From assembly GCF_009914755.1 (NCBI RefSeq), contig NC_060937.1: a stretch of DNA of 64,000 nt, one strand, 5' to 3'. Every line of letters starts with the position of its first letter. Position 1 is the stretch's first letter. The stretch is from the human T2T-CHM13v2.0 reference genome, Homo sapiens. Both the position numbers and the translations under genes were made by a program. The notes under the pieces were generated by a model. It did no database searches, was not told the origin of the DNA, and was given only the letters and a program-made list of their open reading frames with translations. Shown piece by piece: positions 39,603 to 54,216 of the stretch.

Positions 39603-41470
39603 TCTGTGACTTGAATGCAGATATCACCAAGTAGTTTCTAATAGTGCTTCTGTCTAGATTTTAGATGATGATATTCCCGTTTCCAACGAAATCGTTAGAG
39701 CTATCCAAATATCCACTTACAGTTTCTACAAAAAGAGTGTTTCCAAACTGCTGCATCAAAAGAAAGGTTCAACTCTGTTAGTTGAGGACACACATCACAA
39801 AGAAGTTTGTGAGAATGCTTCTGTCTAGATTTTGTATGACCATATTCCCTTTTCCAGCGATATCATTAAAGCAATCTAAATATCCATTTGCAGAATCCAC
39901 AAAAATAGAGTTTCAAAGCTGCTCTGTAAAAAGAAAGGTTCCACTCTGTTAGCTGAGTACACACATCACAAACTTGTTTCTCAGAATCCTTCTGTCTCGT
40001 TTTTCTGGGAAGATATTTACTTTTTCACCGTAGGCATCAAAGCGCTCCAAATGTCCACATCCAGATACTCCAGAAAGAGTGTTTCAAACCTGCTCTATGA
40101 AAGGGAATCTTCAACTCTATGAGTTGAATGCAGACATCAGAAAGAAATTTCTGAGAATGCTGCTGTCTACCTTTTATTTGAACTCCCGCTTCCAACGAAA
40201 TCCTCCAAGCTATCCAAATATCCACTTGCATTTTCCACAAAAAGAGTGCTTCAAAACTGCTCTATCAATAAATGTTCAACTCCTTTAGCTGGGTGCACAC
40301 ATCACAAACAAGTTTCTGAGAATGCTTCTGTCTAGTTTTTATGGGAAGACATTCCCTTTTTCACCAAAGGCATCAAAGCGCTCCAAATGTCCACTTCCAG
40401 ACACTACAAAAAGAGTGTTTCCAACGTGCTCTAAGAAAGCGAATGTTCAACTCTGTGACTTGAATGCAGATATCACAAAGTAGTTTCTGAGAGGGCTTCT
40501 GTCTAGATTTTAGATGATGATATTCCCGTTTCCAACGAAATCATTAGAGCTATCCAAATATCCACTTACAGTTTCTACAAAAAGAGTGTTTCCAAACTGC
40601 TGCATCAAAAGAGAGGTTCCACTCTGTTAGCTGAGTACACACATCACAAACTTGTTTCTGAGAATCCTTCTGTGTCGTTTTTCTGGGAAGATATTTACTT
40701 TTTCACCGTAGGCATCAAAGCGCTCCAAATGTCCACATCCAGATACTCCAGAAAGAGTGTTTCAAACCTGCTCTATGAAAGGGAATCTTCAACTCTATGA
40801 GTTGAATGCAGACATCAGAAAGAAATTTCTGAGAATGCTGCTGTCTACCTTTTATTTGAATTCCCGCTTCCAACGAAATCCTCCAAGCTATCCAAATATC
40901 CACTTGCAGATTCCACAAAAAGAGTGTTTCAAAACTGCTCTCTATCAATGGCAAAGTTCAACTCTGTTAGTTGAGGACACATATCACCAACAAGTTTCTG
41001 AGAATGCTTCTGTCTATTTTTTATGGGAAGATATTTCCTTTTTCACCGTAGGCGTCAAGGCGATCGAAATGTCCACTTCCACAAACTACAAAAAGAGTGT
41101 TTCAAACCTGCTCTATGAAAGGCCATGTTCATCTCTATGAGTCGAATGGAAATATCCGAAAGAAATTTCTGGGAATGCTGCTGTCTAGTTTTTATACGAA
41201 TTCCCGCTTCCAACGAAATCCTCAAAGCAATCCAAATATCCACTTGCAGAATCCACAAAAAGAGTGTTTCAAAACTGCTCTATCAATAGAAAGGTTCAAC
41301 TCTTTTAGTTGAGTACACACATCACAAACAAGTTTCTGAGAATGCTTCTGTCTGGCTTTTATTGGAAGACGTTTCCTTTTCACCAAAGGCATCAAAGCGC
41401 TCCAAATGTCCACTTCCAGATTCTTCCAAAAGAGTGTTTGAAACGTGCTCAAAGTAAGGGAATGTTCAAC
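39603..41470 (-). repeat. 11-mer HOR, type A
   Basis: 678-bp step (40037 to 40715). Confidence 0.93.
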
Positions 41471-44400
41471 TCTGTGACTTGAATGCAGATATCACCAAGT
41501 AGTTTCTAATAGTGCTTCTGTCTAGATTTTAGATGATGATATTCCCGTTTCCAACGAAATCGTTAGAGCTATCCAAATATCCACTTACAGTTGCTACAAA
41601 AACAGTGTTTCCAAACTGCTGCATCAAAAGAAAGGTTCAACTCTGTTAGTTGAGGACACACGTCACAAAGAAGTTTGTGAGAATGCTTCTGTCTAGATTT
41701 TGTATGACGATATTCCCTTTTCCAACGATATCGTTAAAGCAATCTAAATATCCATTTGCAGAATCCACAAAAATAGAGTTTCAAAGCTGCTCTGTAAAAA
41801 GAAAGGTTCCACTCTGTTAGCTGAGTACACACATCACAAACTTGTTTCTCAGAATCCTTCTGTCTCGTTTTTATGGGAAGATATTTACTTTTTCACCGTA
41901 GGCATCAAAGCGCTCCAAATGTCCACATCCAGATACTCCAGAAAGAGTGTTTCAAACCTGCTCTATGAAAGGGAATCTTCAACTCTATGAGTTGAATGCA
42001 GACATCAGAAAGAAATTTCTGAGAATGCTGCTGTCTACCTTTTATTTGAATTCCCGCTTCCAACGAAATCCTCCAAGCTATCCAAATATCCACTTGCAGA
42101 TTCCACAAAAAGAGTGTTTCAAAACTGCTCTCTATCAATGGCAAAGTTCAACTCTGTTAGTTGAGGACACATATCACCAACAAGTTTCTGAGAATGCTTC
42201 TGTCTATTTTTTATGGGAAGATATTTCCTTTTTCACCGTAGGCGTCAAGGCGATCGAAATGTCCACTTCCACAAACTACAAAAAGAGTGTTTCAAACCTG
42301 CTCTATGAAAGGCCATGTTCATCTCTATGAGTCGAATGGAAATATCCGAAAGAAATTTCTGGGAATGCTGCTGTCTAGTTTTTATACGAATTCCCGCTTC
42401 CAACGAAATCCTCAAAGCAATCCAAATATCCACTTGCAGAATCCACAAAAAGAGTGTTTCAAAACTGCTCTATCAATAGAAAGGTTCAACTCTTTTAGTT
42501 GAGTACACACATCACAAACAAGTTTCTGAGAATGCTTCTGTCTGGCTTTTATTGGAAGACGTTTCCTTTTCACCAAAGGCATCAAAGCGCTCCAAATGTC
42601 CACTTCCAGATTCTTCCAAAAGAGTGTTTGAAACGTGCTCAAAGTAAGGGAATGTTCAACTCTGTGACTTGAATGCAGATATCACCAAGTAGTTTCTAAT
42701 AGTGCTTCTGTCTAGATTTTAGATGATGATATTCCCGTTTCCAACGAAATCGTTAGAGCTATCCAAATATCCACTTACAGTTGCTACAAAAACAGTGTTT
42801 CCAAACTGCTGCATCAAAAGAAAGGTTCAACTCTGTTAGTTGAGGACACACGTCACAAAGAAGTTTGTGAGAATGCTTCTGTCTAGATTTTGTATGACGA
42901 TATTCCCTTTTCCAACGATATCGTTAAAGCAATCTAAATATCCATTTGCAGAATCCACAAAAATAGAGTTTCAAAGCTGCTCTGTAAAAAGAAAGGTTCC
43001 ACTCTGTTAGCTGAGTACACACATCACAAACTTGTTTCTCAGAATCCTTCTGTCTCGTTTTTATGGGAAGATATTTACTTTTTCACCGTAGGCATCAAAG
43101 CGCTCCAAATGTCCACATCCAGATACTCCAGAAAGAGTGTTTCAAACCTGCTCTATGAAAGGGAATCTTCAACTCTATGAGTTGAATGCAGACATCAGAA
43201 AGAAATTTCTGAGAATGCTGCTGTCTACCTTTTATTTGAATTCCCGCTTCCAACGAAATCCTCCAAGCTATCCAAATATCCACTTGCAGATTCCACAAAA
43301 AGAGTGTTTCAAAACTGCTCTCTATCAATGGCAAAGTTCAACTCTGTTAGTTGAGGACACATATCACCAACAAGTTTCTGAGAATGCTTCTGTCTATTTT
43401 TTATGGGAAGATATTTCCTTTTTCACCGTAGGCGTCAAGGCGATCGAAATGTCCACTTCCACAAACTACAAAAAGAGTGTTTCAAACCTGCTCTATGAAA
43501 GGCCATGTTCATCTCTATGAGTCGAATGGAAATATCCGAAAGAAATTTCTGGGAATGCTGCTGTCTAGTTTTTATACGAATTCCCGCTTCCAACGAAATC
43601 CTCAAAGCAATCCAAATATCCACTTGCAGAATCCACAAAAAGAGTGTTTCAAAACTGCTCTATCAATAGAAAGGTTCAACTCTTTTAGTTGAGTACACAC
43701 ATCACAAACAAGTTTCTGAGAATGCTTCTGTCTGGCTTTTATTGGAAGACGTTTCCTTTTCACCAAAGGCATCAAAGCGCTCCAAATGTCCACTTCCAGA
43801 TTCTTCCAAAAGAGTGTTTGAAACGTGCTCAAAGTAAGGGAATGTTCAACTCTGTGACTTGAATGCAGATATCACCAAGTAGTTTCTAATAGTGCTTCTG
43901 TCTAGATTTTAGATGATGATATTCCCGTTTCCAACGAAATCGTTAGAGCTATCCAAATATCCACTTACAGTTGCTACAAAAACAGTGTTTCCAAACTGCT
44001 GCATCAAAAGAAAGGTTCAACTCTGTTAGTTGAGGACACACGTCACAAAGAAGTTTGTGAGAATGCTTCTGTCTAGATTTTGTATGACGATATTCCCTTT
44101 TCCAACGATATCGTTAAAGCAATCTAAATATCCATTTGCAGAATCCACAAAAATAGAGTTTCAAAGCTGCTCTGTAAAAAGAAAGGTTCCACTCTGTTAG
44201 CTGAGTACACACATCACAAACTTGTTTCTCAGAATCCTTCTGTCTCGTTTTTCTGGGAAGATATTTACTTTTTCACCGTAGGCATCAAAGCGCTCCAAAT
44301 GTCCACATCCAGATACTCCAGAAAGAGTGTTTCAAACCTGCTCTATGAAAGGGAATCTTCAACTCTATGAGTTGAATGCAGACATCAGAAAGAAATTTCT

Positions 44401-45040
44401 GAGAATGCTGCTGTCTACCTTTTATTTGAATTCCCGCTTCCAACGAAATCCTCCAAGCTATCCAAATATCCACTTGCAGATTCCACAAAAAGAGTGTTTC
44501 AAAACTGCTCTCTATCAATGGCAAAGTTCAACTCTGTTAGTTGAGGACACATATCACCAACAAGTTTCTGAGAATGCTTCTGTCTATTTTTTATGGGAAG
44601 ATATTTCCTTTTTCACCGTAGGCGTCAAGGCGATCGAAATGTCCACTTCCACAAACTACAAAAAGAGTGTTTCAAACCTGCTCTATGAAAGGCCATGTTC
44701 ATCTCTATGAGTCGAATGGAAATATCCGAAAGAAATTTCTGGGAATGCTGCTGTCTAGTTTTTATACGAATTCCCGCTTCCAACGAAATCCTCAAAGCAA
44801 TCCAAATATCCACTTGCAGAATCCACAAAAAGAGTGTTTCAAAACTGCTCTATCAATAGAAAGGTTCAACTCTTTTAGTTGAGTACACACATCACAAACA
44901 AGTTTCTGAGAATGCTTCTGTCTGGCTTTTATTGGAAGACGTTTCCTTTTCACCAAAGGCATCAAAGCGCTCCAAATGTCCACTTCCAGATTCTTCCAAA
45001 AGAGTGTTTGAAACGTGCTCAAAGTAAGGGAATGTTCAAC
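41471..45040 (-). repeat. 3 tandem 7-mer HORs
   Basis: Anchors 41905, 43095, 44285. Confidence 0.93.
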
Positions 45041-46908
45041 TCTGTGACTTGAATGCAGATATCACCAAGTAGTTTCTAATAGTGCTTCTGTCTAGATTTT
45101 AGATGATGATATTCCCGTTTCCAACGAAATCGTTAGAGCTATCCAAATATCCACTTACAGTTTCTACAAAAAGAGTGTTTCCAAACTGCTGCATCAAAAG
45201 AAAGGTTCAACTCTGTTAGTTGAGGACACACATCACAAAGAAGTTTGTGAGAATGCTTCTGTCTAGATTTTGTATGACGATATTCCCTTTTCCAACGATA
45301 TCGTTAAAGCAATCTAAATATCCATTTGCAGAATCCACAAAAATAGAGTTTCAAAGCTGCTCTGTAAAAAGAAAGGTTCCACTCTGTTAGCTGAGTACAC
45401 ACATCACAAACTTGTTTCTCAGAATCCTTCTGTCTCGTTTTTATGGGAAGATATTTACTTTTTCACCGTAGGCATCAAAGCGCTCCAAATGTCCACATCC
45501 AGATACTCCAGAAAGAGTGTTTCAAACCTGCTCTATGAAAGGGAATCTTCAACTCTATGAGTTGAATGCAGACATCAGAAAGAAATTTCTGAGAATGCTG
45601 CTGTCTACCTTTTATTTGAATTCCCGCTTCCAACGAAATCCTCCAAGCTATCCAAATATCCACTTGCATTTTCCACAAAAAGAGTGCTTCAAAACTGCTC
45701 TATCAATAAATGTTCAACTCCTTTAGCTGGGTGCACACATCACAAACAAGTTTCTGAGAATGCTTCTGTCTAGTTTTTATGGGAAGACATTCCCTTTTTC
45801 ACCAAAGGCATCAAAGCGCTCCAAATGTCCACTTCCAGACACTACAAAAAGAGTGTTTCCAACGTGCTCTAAGAAAGCGAATGTTCAACTCTGTGACTTG
45901 AATGCAGATATCACAAAGTAGTTTCTGAGAGGGCTTCTGTCTAGATTTTAGATGATGATATTCCCGTTTCCAACGAAATCATTAGAGCTATCCAAATATC
46001 CACTTACAGTTTCTACAAAAAGAGTGTTTCCAAACTGCTGCATCAAAAGAGAGGTTCCACTCTGTTAGCTGAGTACACACATCACAAACTTGTTTCTGAG
46101 AATCCTTCTGTGTCGTTTTTATGGGAAGATATTTACTTTTTCACCGTAGGCATCAAAGCGCTCCAAATGTCCACATCCAGATACTCCAGAAAGAGTGTTT
46201 CAAACCTGCTCTATGAAAGGGAATCTTCAACTCTATGAGTTGAATGCAGACATCAGAAAGAAATTTCTGAGAATGCTGCTGTCTACCTTTTATTTGAATT
46301 CCCGCTTCCAACGAAATCCTCCAAGCTATCCAAATATCCACTTGCAGATTCCACAAAAAGAGTGTTTCAAAACTGCTCTCTATCAATGGCAAAGTTCAAC
46401 TCTGTTAGTTGAGGACACATATCACCAACAAGTTTCTGAGAATGCTTCTGTCTATTTTTTATGGGAAGATATTTCCTTTTTCACCGTAGGCGTCAAGGCG
46501 ATCGAAATGTCCACTTCCACAAACTACAAAAAGAGTGTTTCAAACCTGCTCTATGAAAGGCCATGTTCATCTCTATGAGTCGAATGGAAATATCCGAAAG
46601 AAATTTCTGGGAATGCTGCTGTCTAGTTTTTATACGAATTCCCGCTTCCAACGAAATCCTCAAAGCAATCCAAATATCCACTTGCAGAATCCACAAAAAG
46701 AGTGTTTCAAAACTGCTCTATCAATAGAAAGGTTCAACTCTTTTAGTTGAGTACACACATCACAAACAAGTTTCTGAGAATGCTTCTGTCTGGCTTTTAT
46801 TGGAAGACGTTTCCTTTTCACCAAAGGCATCAAAGCGCTCCAAATGTCCACTTCCAGATTCTTCCAAAAGAGTGTTTGAAACGTGCTCAAAGTAAGGGAA
46901 TGTTCAAC
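45041..46908 (-). repeat. 11-mer HOR, type A, chimeric (EcoRI site intact)
   Basis: 678-bp step (45475 to 46153). It has GAATTCCC at 45618 rather than GAACTCCC. Confidence 0.9.
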
Positions 46909-48098
46909 TCTGTGACTTGAATGCAGATATCACCAAGTAGTTTCTAATAGTGCTTCTGTCTAGATTTTAGATGATGATATTCCCGTTTCCAACGAAATCG
47001 TTAGAGCTATCCAAATATCCACTTACAGTTGCTACAAAAACAGTGTTTCCAAACTGCTGCATCAAAAGAAAGGTTCAACTCTGTTAGTTGAGGACACACG
47101 TCACAAAGAAGTTTGTGAGAATGCTTCTGTCTAGATTTTGTATGACGATATTCCCTTTTCCAACGATATCGTTAAAGCAATCTAAATATCCATTTGCAGA
47201 ATCCACAAAAATAGAGTTTCAAAGCTGCTCTGTAAAAAGAAAGGTTCCACTCTGTTAGCTGAGTACACACATCACAAACTTGTTTCTCAGAATCCTTCTG
47301 TCTCGTTTTTCTGGGAAGATATTTACTTTTTCACCGTAGGCATCAAAGCGCTCCAAATGTCCACATCCAGATACTCCAGAAAGAGTGTTTCAAACCTGCT
47401 CTATGAAAGGGAATCTTCAACTCTATGAGTTGAATGCAGACATCAGAAAGAAATTTCTGAGAATGCTGCTGTCTACCTTTTATTTGAATTCCCGCTTCCA
47501 ACGAAATCCTCCAAGCTATCCAAATATCCACTTGCAGATTCCACAAAAAGAGTGTTTCAAAACTGCTCTCTATCAATGGCAAAGTTCAACTCTGTTAGTT
47601 GAGGACACATATCACCAACAAGTTTCTGAGAATGCTTCTGTCTATTTTTTATGGGAAGATATTTCCTTTTTCACCGTAGGCGTCAAGGCGATCGAAATGT
47701 CCACTTCCACAAACTACAAAAAGAGTGTTTCAAACCTGCTCTATGAAAGGCCATGTTCATCTCTATGAGTCGAATGGAAATATCCGAAAGAAATTTCTGG
47801 GAATGCTGCTGTCTAGTTTTTATACGAATTCCCGCTTCCAACGAAATCCTCAAAGCAATCCAAATATCCACTTGCAGAATCCACAAAAAGAGTGTTTCAA
47901 AACTGCTCTATCAATAGAAAGGTTCAACTCTTTTAGTTGAGTACACACATCACAAACAAGTTTCTGAGAATGCTTCTGTCTGGCTTTTATTGGAAGACGT
48001 TTCCTTTTCACCAAAGGCATCAAAGCGCTCCAAATGTCCACTTCCAGATTCTTCCAAAAGAGTGTTTGAAACGTGCTCAAAGTAAGGGAATGTTCAAC
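46909..48098 (-). repeat. 7-mer HOR
   Basis: Anchor 47343. Confidence 0.93.
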
Positions 48099-49966
48099 TC
48101 TGTGACTTGAATGCAGATATCACCAAGTAGTTTCTAATAGTGCTTCTGTCTAGATTTTAGATGATGATATTCCCGTTTCCAATGAAATCGTTAGAGCTAT
48201 CCAAATATCCACTTACAGTTTCTACAAAAAGAGTGTTTCCAAACTGCTGCATCAAAAGAAAGGTTCAACTCTGTTAGTTGAGGACACACATCACAAAGAA
48301 GTTTGTGAGAATGCTTCTGTCTAGATTTTGTATGACCATATTCCCTTTTCCAGCGATATCATTAAAGCAATCTAAATATCCATTTGCAGAATCCACAAAA
48401 ATAGAGTTTCAAAGCTGCTCTGTAAAAAGAAAGGTTCCACTCTGTTAGCTGAGTACACACATCACAAACTTGTTTCTCAGAATCCTTCTGTCTCGTTTTT
48501 ATGGGAAGATATTTACTTTTTCACCGTAGGCATCAAAGCGCTCCAAATGTCCACATCCAGATACTCCAGAAAGAGTGTTTCAAACCTGCTCTATGAAAGG
48601 GAATCTTCAACTCTATGAGTTGAATGCAGACATCAGAAAGAAATTTCTGAGAATGCTGCTGTCTACCTTTTATTTGAACTCCCGCTTCCAACGAAATCCT
48701 CCAAGCTATCCAAATATCCACTTGCATTTTCCACAAAAAGAGTGCTTCAAAACTGCTCTATCAATAAATGTTCAACTCCTTTAGCTGGGTGCACACATCA
48801 CAAACAAGTTTCTGAGAATGCTTCTGTCTAGTTTTTATGGGAAGACATTCCCTTTTTCACCAAAGGCATCAAAGCGCTCCAAATGTCCACTTCCAGACAC
48901 TACAAAAAGAGTGTTTCCAACGTGCTCTAAGAAAGCGAATGTTCAACTCTGTGACTTGAATGCAGATATCACAAAGTAGTTTCTGAGAGGGCTTCTGTCT
49001 AGATTTTAGATGATGATATTCCCGTTTCCAACGAAATCATTAGAGCTATCCAAATATCCACTTACATTTTCTACAAAAAGAGTGTTTCCAAACTGCTGCA
49101 TCAAAAGAGAGGTTCCACTCTGTTAGCTGAGTACACACATCACAAACTTGTTTCTGAGAATCCTTCTGTGTCGTTTTTCTGGGAAGATATTTACTTTTTC
49201 ACCGTAGGCATCAAAGCGCTCCAAATGTCCACATCCAGATACTCCAGAAAGAGTGTTTCAAACCTGCTCTATGAAAGGGAATCTTCAACTCTATGAGTTG
49301 AATGCAGACATCAGAAAGAAATTTCTGAGAATGCTGCTGTCTACCTTTTATTTGAATTCCCGCTTCCAACGAAATCCTCCAAGCTATCCAAATATCCACT
49401 TGCAGATTCCACAAAAAGAGTGTTTCAAAACTGCTCTCTATCAATGGCAAAGTTCAACTCTGTTAGTTGAGGACACATATCACCAACAAGTTTCTGAGAA
49501 TGCTTCTGTCTATTTTTTATGGGAAGATATTTCCTTTTTCACCGTAGGCGTCAAGGCGATCGAAATGTCCACTTCCACAAACTACAAAAAGAGTGTTTCA
49601 AACCTGCTCTATGAAAGGCCATGTTCATCTCTATGAGTCGAATGGAAATATCCGAAAGAAATTTCTGGGAATGCTGCTGTCTAGTTTTTATACGAATTCC
49701 CGCTTCCAACGAAATCCTCAAAGCAATCCAAATATCCACTTGCAGAATCCACAAAAAGAGTGTTTCAAAACTGCTCTATCAATAGAAAGGTTCAACTCTT
49801 TTAGTTGAGTACACACATCACAAACAAGTTTCTGAGAATGCTTCTGTCTGGCTTTTATTGGAAGACGTTTCCTTTTCACCAAAGGCATCAAAGCGCTCCA
49901 AATGTCCACTTCCAGATTCTTCCAAAAGAGTGTTTGAAACGTGCTCAAAGTAAGGGAATGTTCAAC
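48099..49966 (-). repeat. 11-mer HOR, type A, with mutated CENP-B box 1
   Basis: 678-bp step (48533 to 49211); C>T at 48183. Confidence 0.93.
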
Positions 49967-51836
49967 TCTGTGACTTGAATGCAGATATCACCAAGTAGTT
50001 TCTAATAGTGCTTCTGTCTAGATTTTAGATGATGATATTCCCGTTTCCAACGAAATCGTTAGAGCTATCCAAATATCCACTTACAGTTTCTACAAAAAGA
50101 GTGTTTCCAAACTGCTGCATCAAAAGAAAGGTTCAACTCTGTTAGTTGAGGACACACATCACAAAGAAGTTTGTGAGAATGCTTCTGTCTAGATTTTGTA
50201 TGACCATATTCCCTTTTCCAGCGATATCATTAAAGCAATCTAAATATCCATTTGCAGAATCCACAAAAATAGAGTTTCAAAGCTGCTCTGTAAAAAGAAA
50301 GGTTCCACTCTGTTAGCTGAGTACACACATCACAAACTTGTTTCTGAGAATCCTTCTGTCTCGTTTTTATGGGAAGATATTTACTTTTTCACCGTAGGCA
50401 TCAAAGCGCTCCAAATGTCCACATCCAGATACTCCAGAAAGAGTGTTTCAAACCTGCTCTATGAAAGGGAATCTTCAACTCTATGAGTTGAATGCAGACA
50501 TCAGAAAGAAATTTCTGAGAATGCTGCTGTCTACCTTTTATTTGAATTCCCGCTTCCAACGAAATCCTCCAAGCTATCCAAATATCCACCTGCATTTTCC
50601 ACAAAAAGAGCGTTTCAAAACTGCTCTATCAATAGAAATGTTCAACTCCTTTGGCTGGGTACACACATCACAAACAAGTTTCTGAGAATGCTTCTGTCTA
50701 GTTTTTATGGGAAGACATTCCCTTTTTCACCAAAGGCATCAAAGCGCTCCAAATGTCCACTTCCAGACACTACAAAAAGAGTGTTTCCAACGTGCTCTAA
50801 GAAAGCGAATGTTCAACTCTGTGACTTGAATGCAGATATCACAAAGTAGTTTCTGAGAGGGCTTCTGTCTAGATTTTAGATGATGATATTCCCGTTTCCA
50901 ACGAAATCATTAGAGCTATCCAAATATCCACTTACAGTTTCTACAAAAAGAGTGTTTCCAAACTGCTGCATCAAAAGAGAGGTTCCACTCTGTTAGCTGA
51001 GTACACACATCACAAACTTGTTTCTGAGAATCCTTCTGTCTCGTTTTTCTGGGAAGATATTTACTTTTTCACCGTAGGCATCAAAGCGCTCCAAATGTCC
51101 ACATCCAGATACTCCAGAAAGAGTGTTTCAAACCTGCTCTATGAAAGGGAATCTTCAACTCTATGAGTTGAATGCAGACATCAGAAAGAAATTTCTGAGA
51201 ATGCTGCTGTCTACCTTTTATTTGAATTCCCGCTTCCAACGAAATCCTCCAAGCTATCCAAATATCCACTTGCAGATTCCACAAAAAGAGTGTTTCAAAA
51301 CTGCTCTCTATCAATGGCAAAGTTCAACTCTGTTAGTTGAGGACACATATCACCAACAAGTTTCTGAGAATGCTTCTGTCTATTTTTTATGGGAAGATAT
51401 TTCCTTTTTCACCGTAGGCGTCAAGGCGATCGAAATGTCCACTTCCACAAACTACAAAAAGAGTGTTTCAAACCTGCTCTATGAAAGGCCATGTTCATCT
51501 CTATGAGTCGAATGGAAATATCCGAAAGAAATTTCTGGGAATGCTGCTGTCTAGTTTTTATACGAATTCCCGCTTCCAACGAAATCCTCAAAGCAATCCA
51601 AATATCCACTTGCAGAATCCACAAAAAGAGTGTTTCAAAACTGCTCTATCAATAGAAAGGTTCAACTCTTTTAGTTGAGTACACACATCACAAACAAGTT
51701 TCTGAGAATGCTTCTGTCTGGCTTTTATTGGAAGACGTTTCCTTTTCACCAAAGGCATCAAAGCGCTCCAAATGTCCACTTCCAGATTCTTCCAAAAGAG
51801 TGTTTGAAACGTGCTCAAAGTAAGGGAATGTTCAAC
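49967..51836 (-). repeat. 11-mer HOR, type B
   Basis: 680-bp step (50401 to 51081). Confidence 0.93.
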
Positions 51837-54216
51837 TCTGTGACTTGAATGCAGATATCACCAAGTAATTTCTAATAGTGCTTCTGTCTAGATTTTAGAT
51901 GATGATATTCCCGTTTCCAACGAAATCGTTAGAGCTATCCAAATATCCACTTACAGTTGCTACAAAAACAGTGTTTCCAAACTGCTGCATCAAAAGAAAG
52001 GTTCAACTCTGTTAGTTGAGGACACACGTCACAAAGAAGTTTGTGAGAATGCTTCTGTCTAGATTTTGTATGACGATATTCCCTTTTCCAACGATATCGT
52101 TAAAGCAATCTAAATATCCATTTGCAGAATCCACAAAAATAGAGTTTCAAAGCTGCTCTGTAAAAAGAAAGGTTCCACTCTGTTAGCTGAGTACACACAT
52201 CACAAACTTGTTTCTCAGAATCCTTCTGTCTCGTTTTTATGGGAAGATATTTACTTTTTCACCGTAGGCATCAAAGCGCTCCAAATGTCCACATCCAGAT
52301 ACTCCAGAAAGAGTGTTTCAAACCTGCTCTATGAAAGGGAATCTTCAACTCTATGAGTTGAATGCAGACATCAGAAAGAAATTTCTGAGAATGCTGCTGT
52401 CTACCTTTTATTTGAATTCCCGCTTCCAACGAAATCCTCCAAGCTATCCAAATATCCACTTGCAGATTCCACAAAAAGAGTGTTTCAAAACTGCTCTCTA
52501 TCAATGGCAAAGTTCAACTCTGTTAGTTGAGGACACATATCACCAACAAGTTTCTGAGAATGCTTCTGTCTATTTTTTATGGGAAGATATTTCCTTTTTC
52601 ACCGTAGGCGTCAAGGCGATCGAAATGTCCACTTCCACAAACTACAAAAAGAGTGTTTCAAACCTGCTCTATGAAAGGCCATGTTCATCTCTATGAGTCG
52701 AATGGAAATATCCGAAAGAAATTTCTGGGAATGCTGCTGTCTAGTTTTTATACGAATTCCCGCTTCCAACGAAATCCTCAAAGCAATCCAAATATCCACT
52801 TGCAGAATCCACAAAAAGAGTGTTTCAAAACTGCTCTATCAATAGAAAGGTTCAACTCTTTTAGTTGAGTACACACATCACAAACAAGTTTCTGAGAATG
52901 CTTCTGTCTGGCTTTTATTGGAAGACGTTTCCTTTTCACCAAAGGCATCAAAGCGCTCCAAATGTCCACTTCCAGATTCTTCCAAAAGAGTGTTTGAAAC
53001 GTGCTCAAAGTAAGGGAATGTTCAACTCTGTGACTTGAATGCAGATATCACCAAGTAGTTTCTAATAGTGCTTCTGTCTAGATTTTAGATGATGATATTC
53101 CCGTTTCCAACGAAATCGTTAGAGCTATCCAAATATCCACTTACAGTTGCTACAAAAAGAGTGTTTCCAAACTGCTGCATCAAAAGAAAGGTTCAACTCT
53201 GTTAGTTGAGGACACACGTCACAAAGAAGTTTGTGAGAATGCTTCTGTCTAGATTTTGTATGACGATATTCCCTTTTCCAACGATATCGTTAAAGCAATC
53301 TAAATATCCATTTGCAGAATCCACAAAAATAGAGTTTCAAAGCTGCTCTGTAAAAAGAAAGGTTCCACTCTGTTAGCTGAGTACACACATCACAAACTTG
53401 TTTCTCAGAATCCTTCTGTCTCGTTTTTATGGGAAGATATTTACTTTTTCACCGTAGGCATCAAAGCGCTCCAAATGTCCACATCCAGATACTCCAGAAA
53501 GAGTGTTTCAAACCTGCTCTATGAAAGGGAATCTTCAACTCTATGAGTTGAATGCAGACATCAGAAAGTAATTTCTGAGAATGCTGCTGTCTACCTTTTA
53601 TTTGAATTCCCGCTTCCAACGAAATCCTCCAAGCTATCCAAATATCCACTTGCAGATTCCACAAAAAGAGTGTTTCAAAACTGCTCTCTATCAATGGCAA
53701 AGTTCAACTCTGTTAGTTGAGGACACATATCACCAACAAGTTTCTGAGAATGCTTCTGTCTATTTTTTATGGGAAGATATTTCCTTTTTCACCGTAGGCG
53801 TCAAGGCGATCGAAATGTCCACTTCCACAAACTACAAAAAGAGTGTTTCAAACCTGCTCTATGAAAGGCCATGTTCATCTCTATGAGTCGAATGGAAATA
53901 TCCGAAAGAAATTTCTGGGAATGCTGCTGTCTAGTTTTTATACGAATTCCCGCTTCCAACGAAATCCTCAAAGCAATCCAAATATCCACTTGCAGAATCC
54001 ACAAAAAGAGTGTTTCAAAACTGCTCTATCAATAGAAAGGTTCAACTCTTTTAGTTGAGTACACACATCACAAACAAGTTTCTGAGAATGCTTCTGTCTG
54101 GCTTTTATTGGAAGACGTTTCCTTTTCACCAAAGGCATCAAAGCGCTCCAAATGTCCACTTCCAGATTCTTCCAAAAGAGTGTTTGAAACGTGCTCAAAG
54201 TAAGGGAATGTTCAAC
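51837..54216 (-). repeat. 2 tandem 7-mer HORs
   Basis: Anchors 52271, 53461. Confidence 0.93.
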
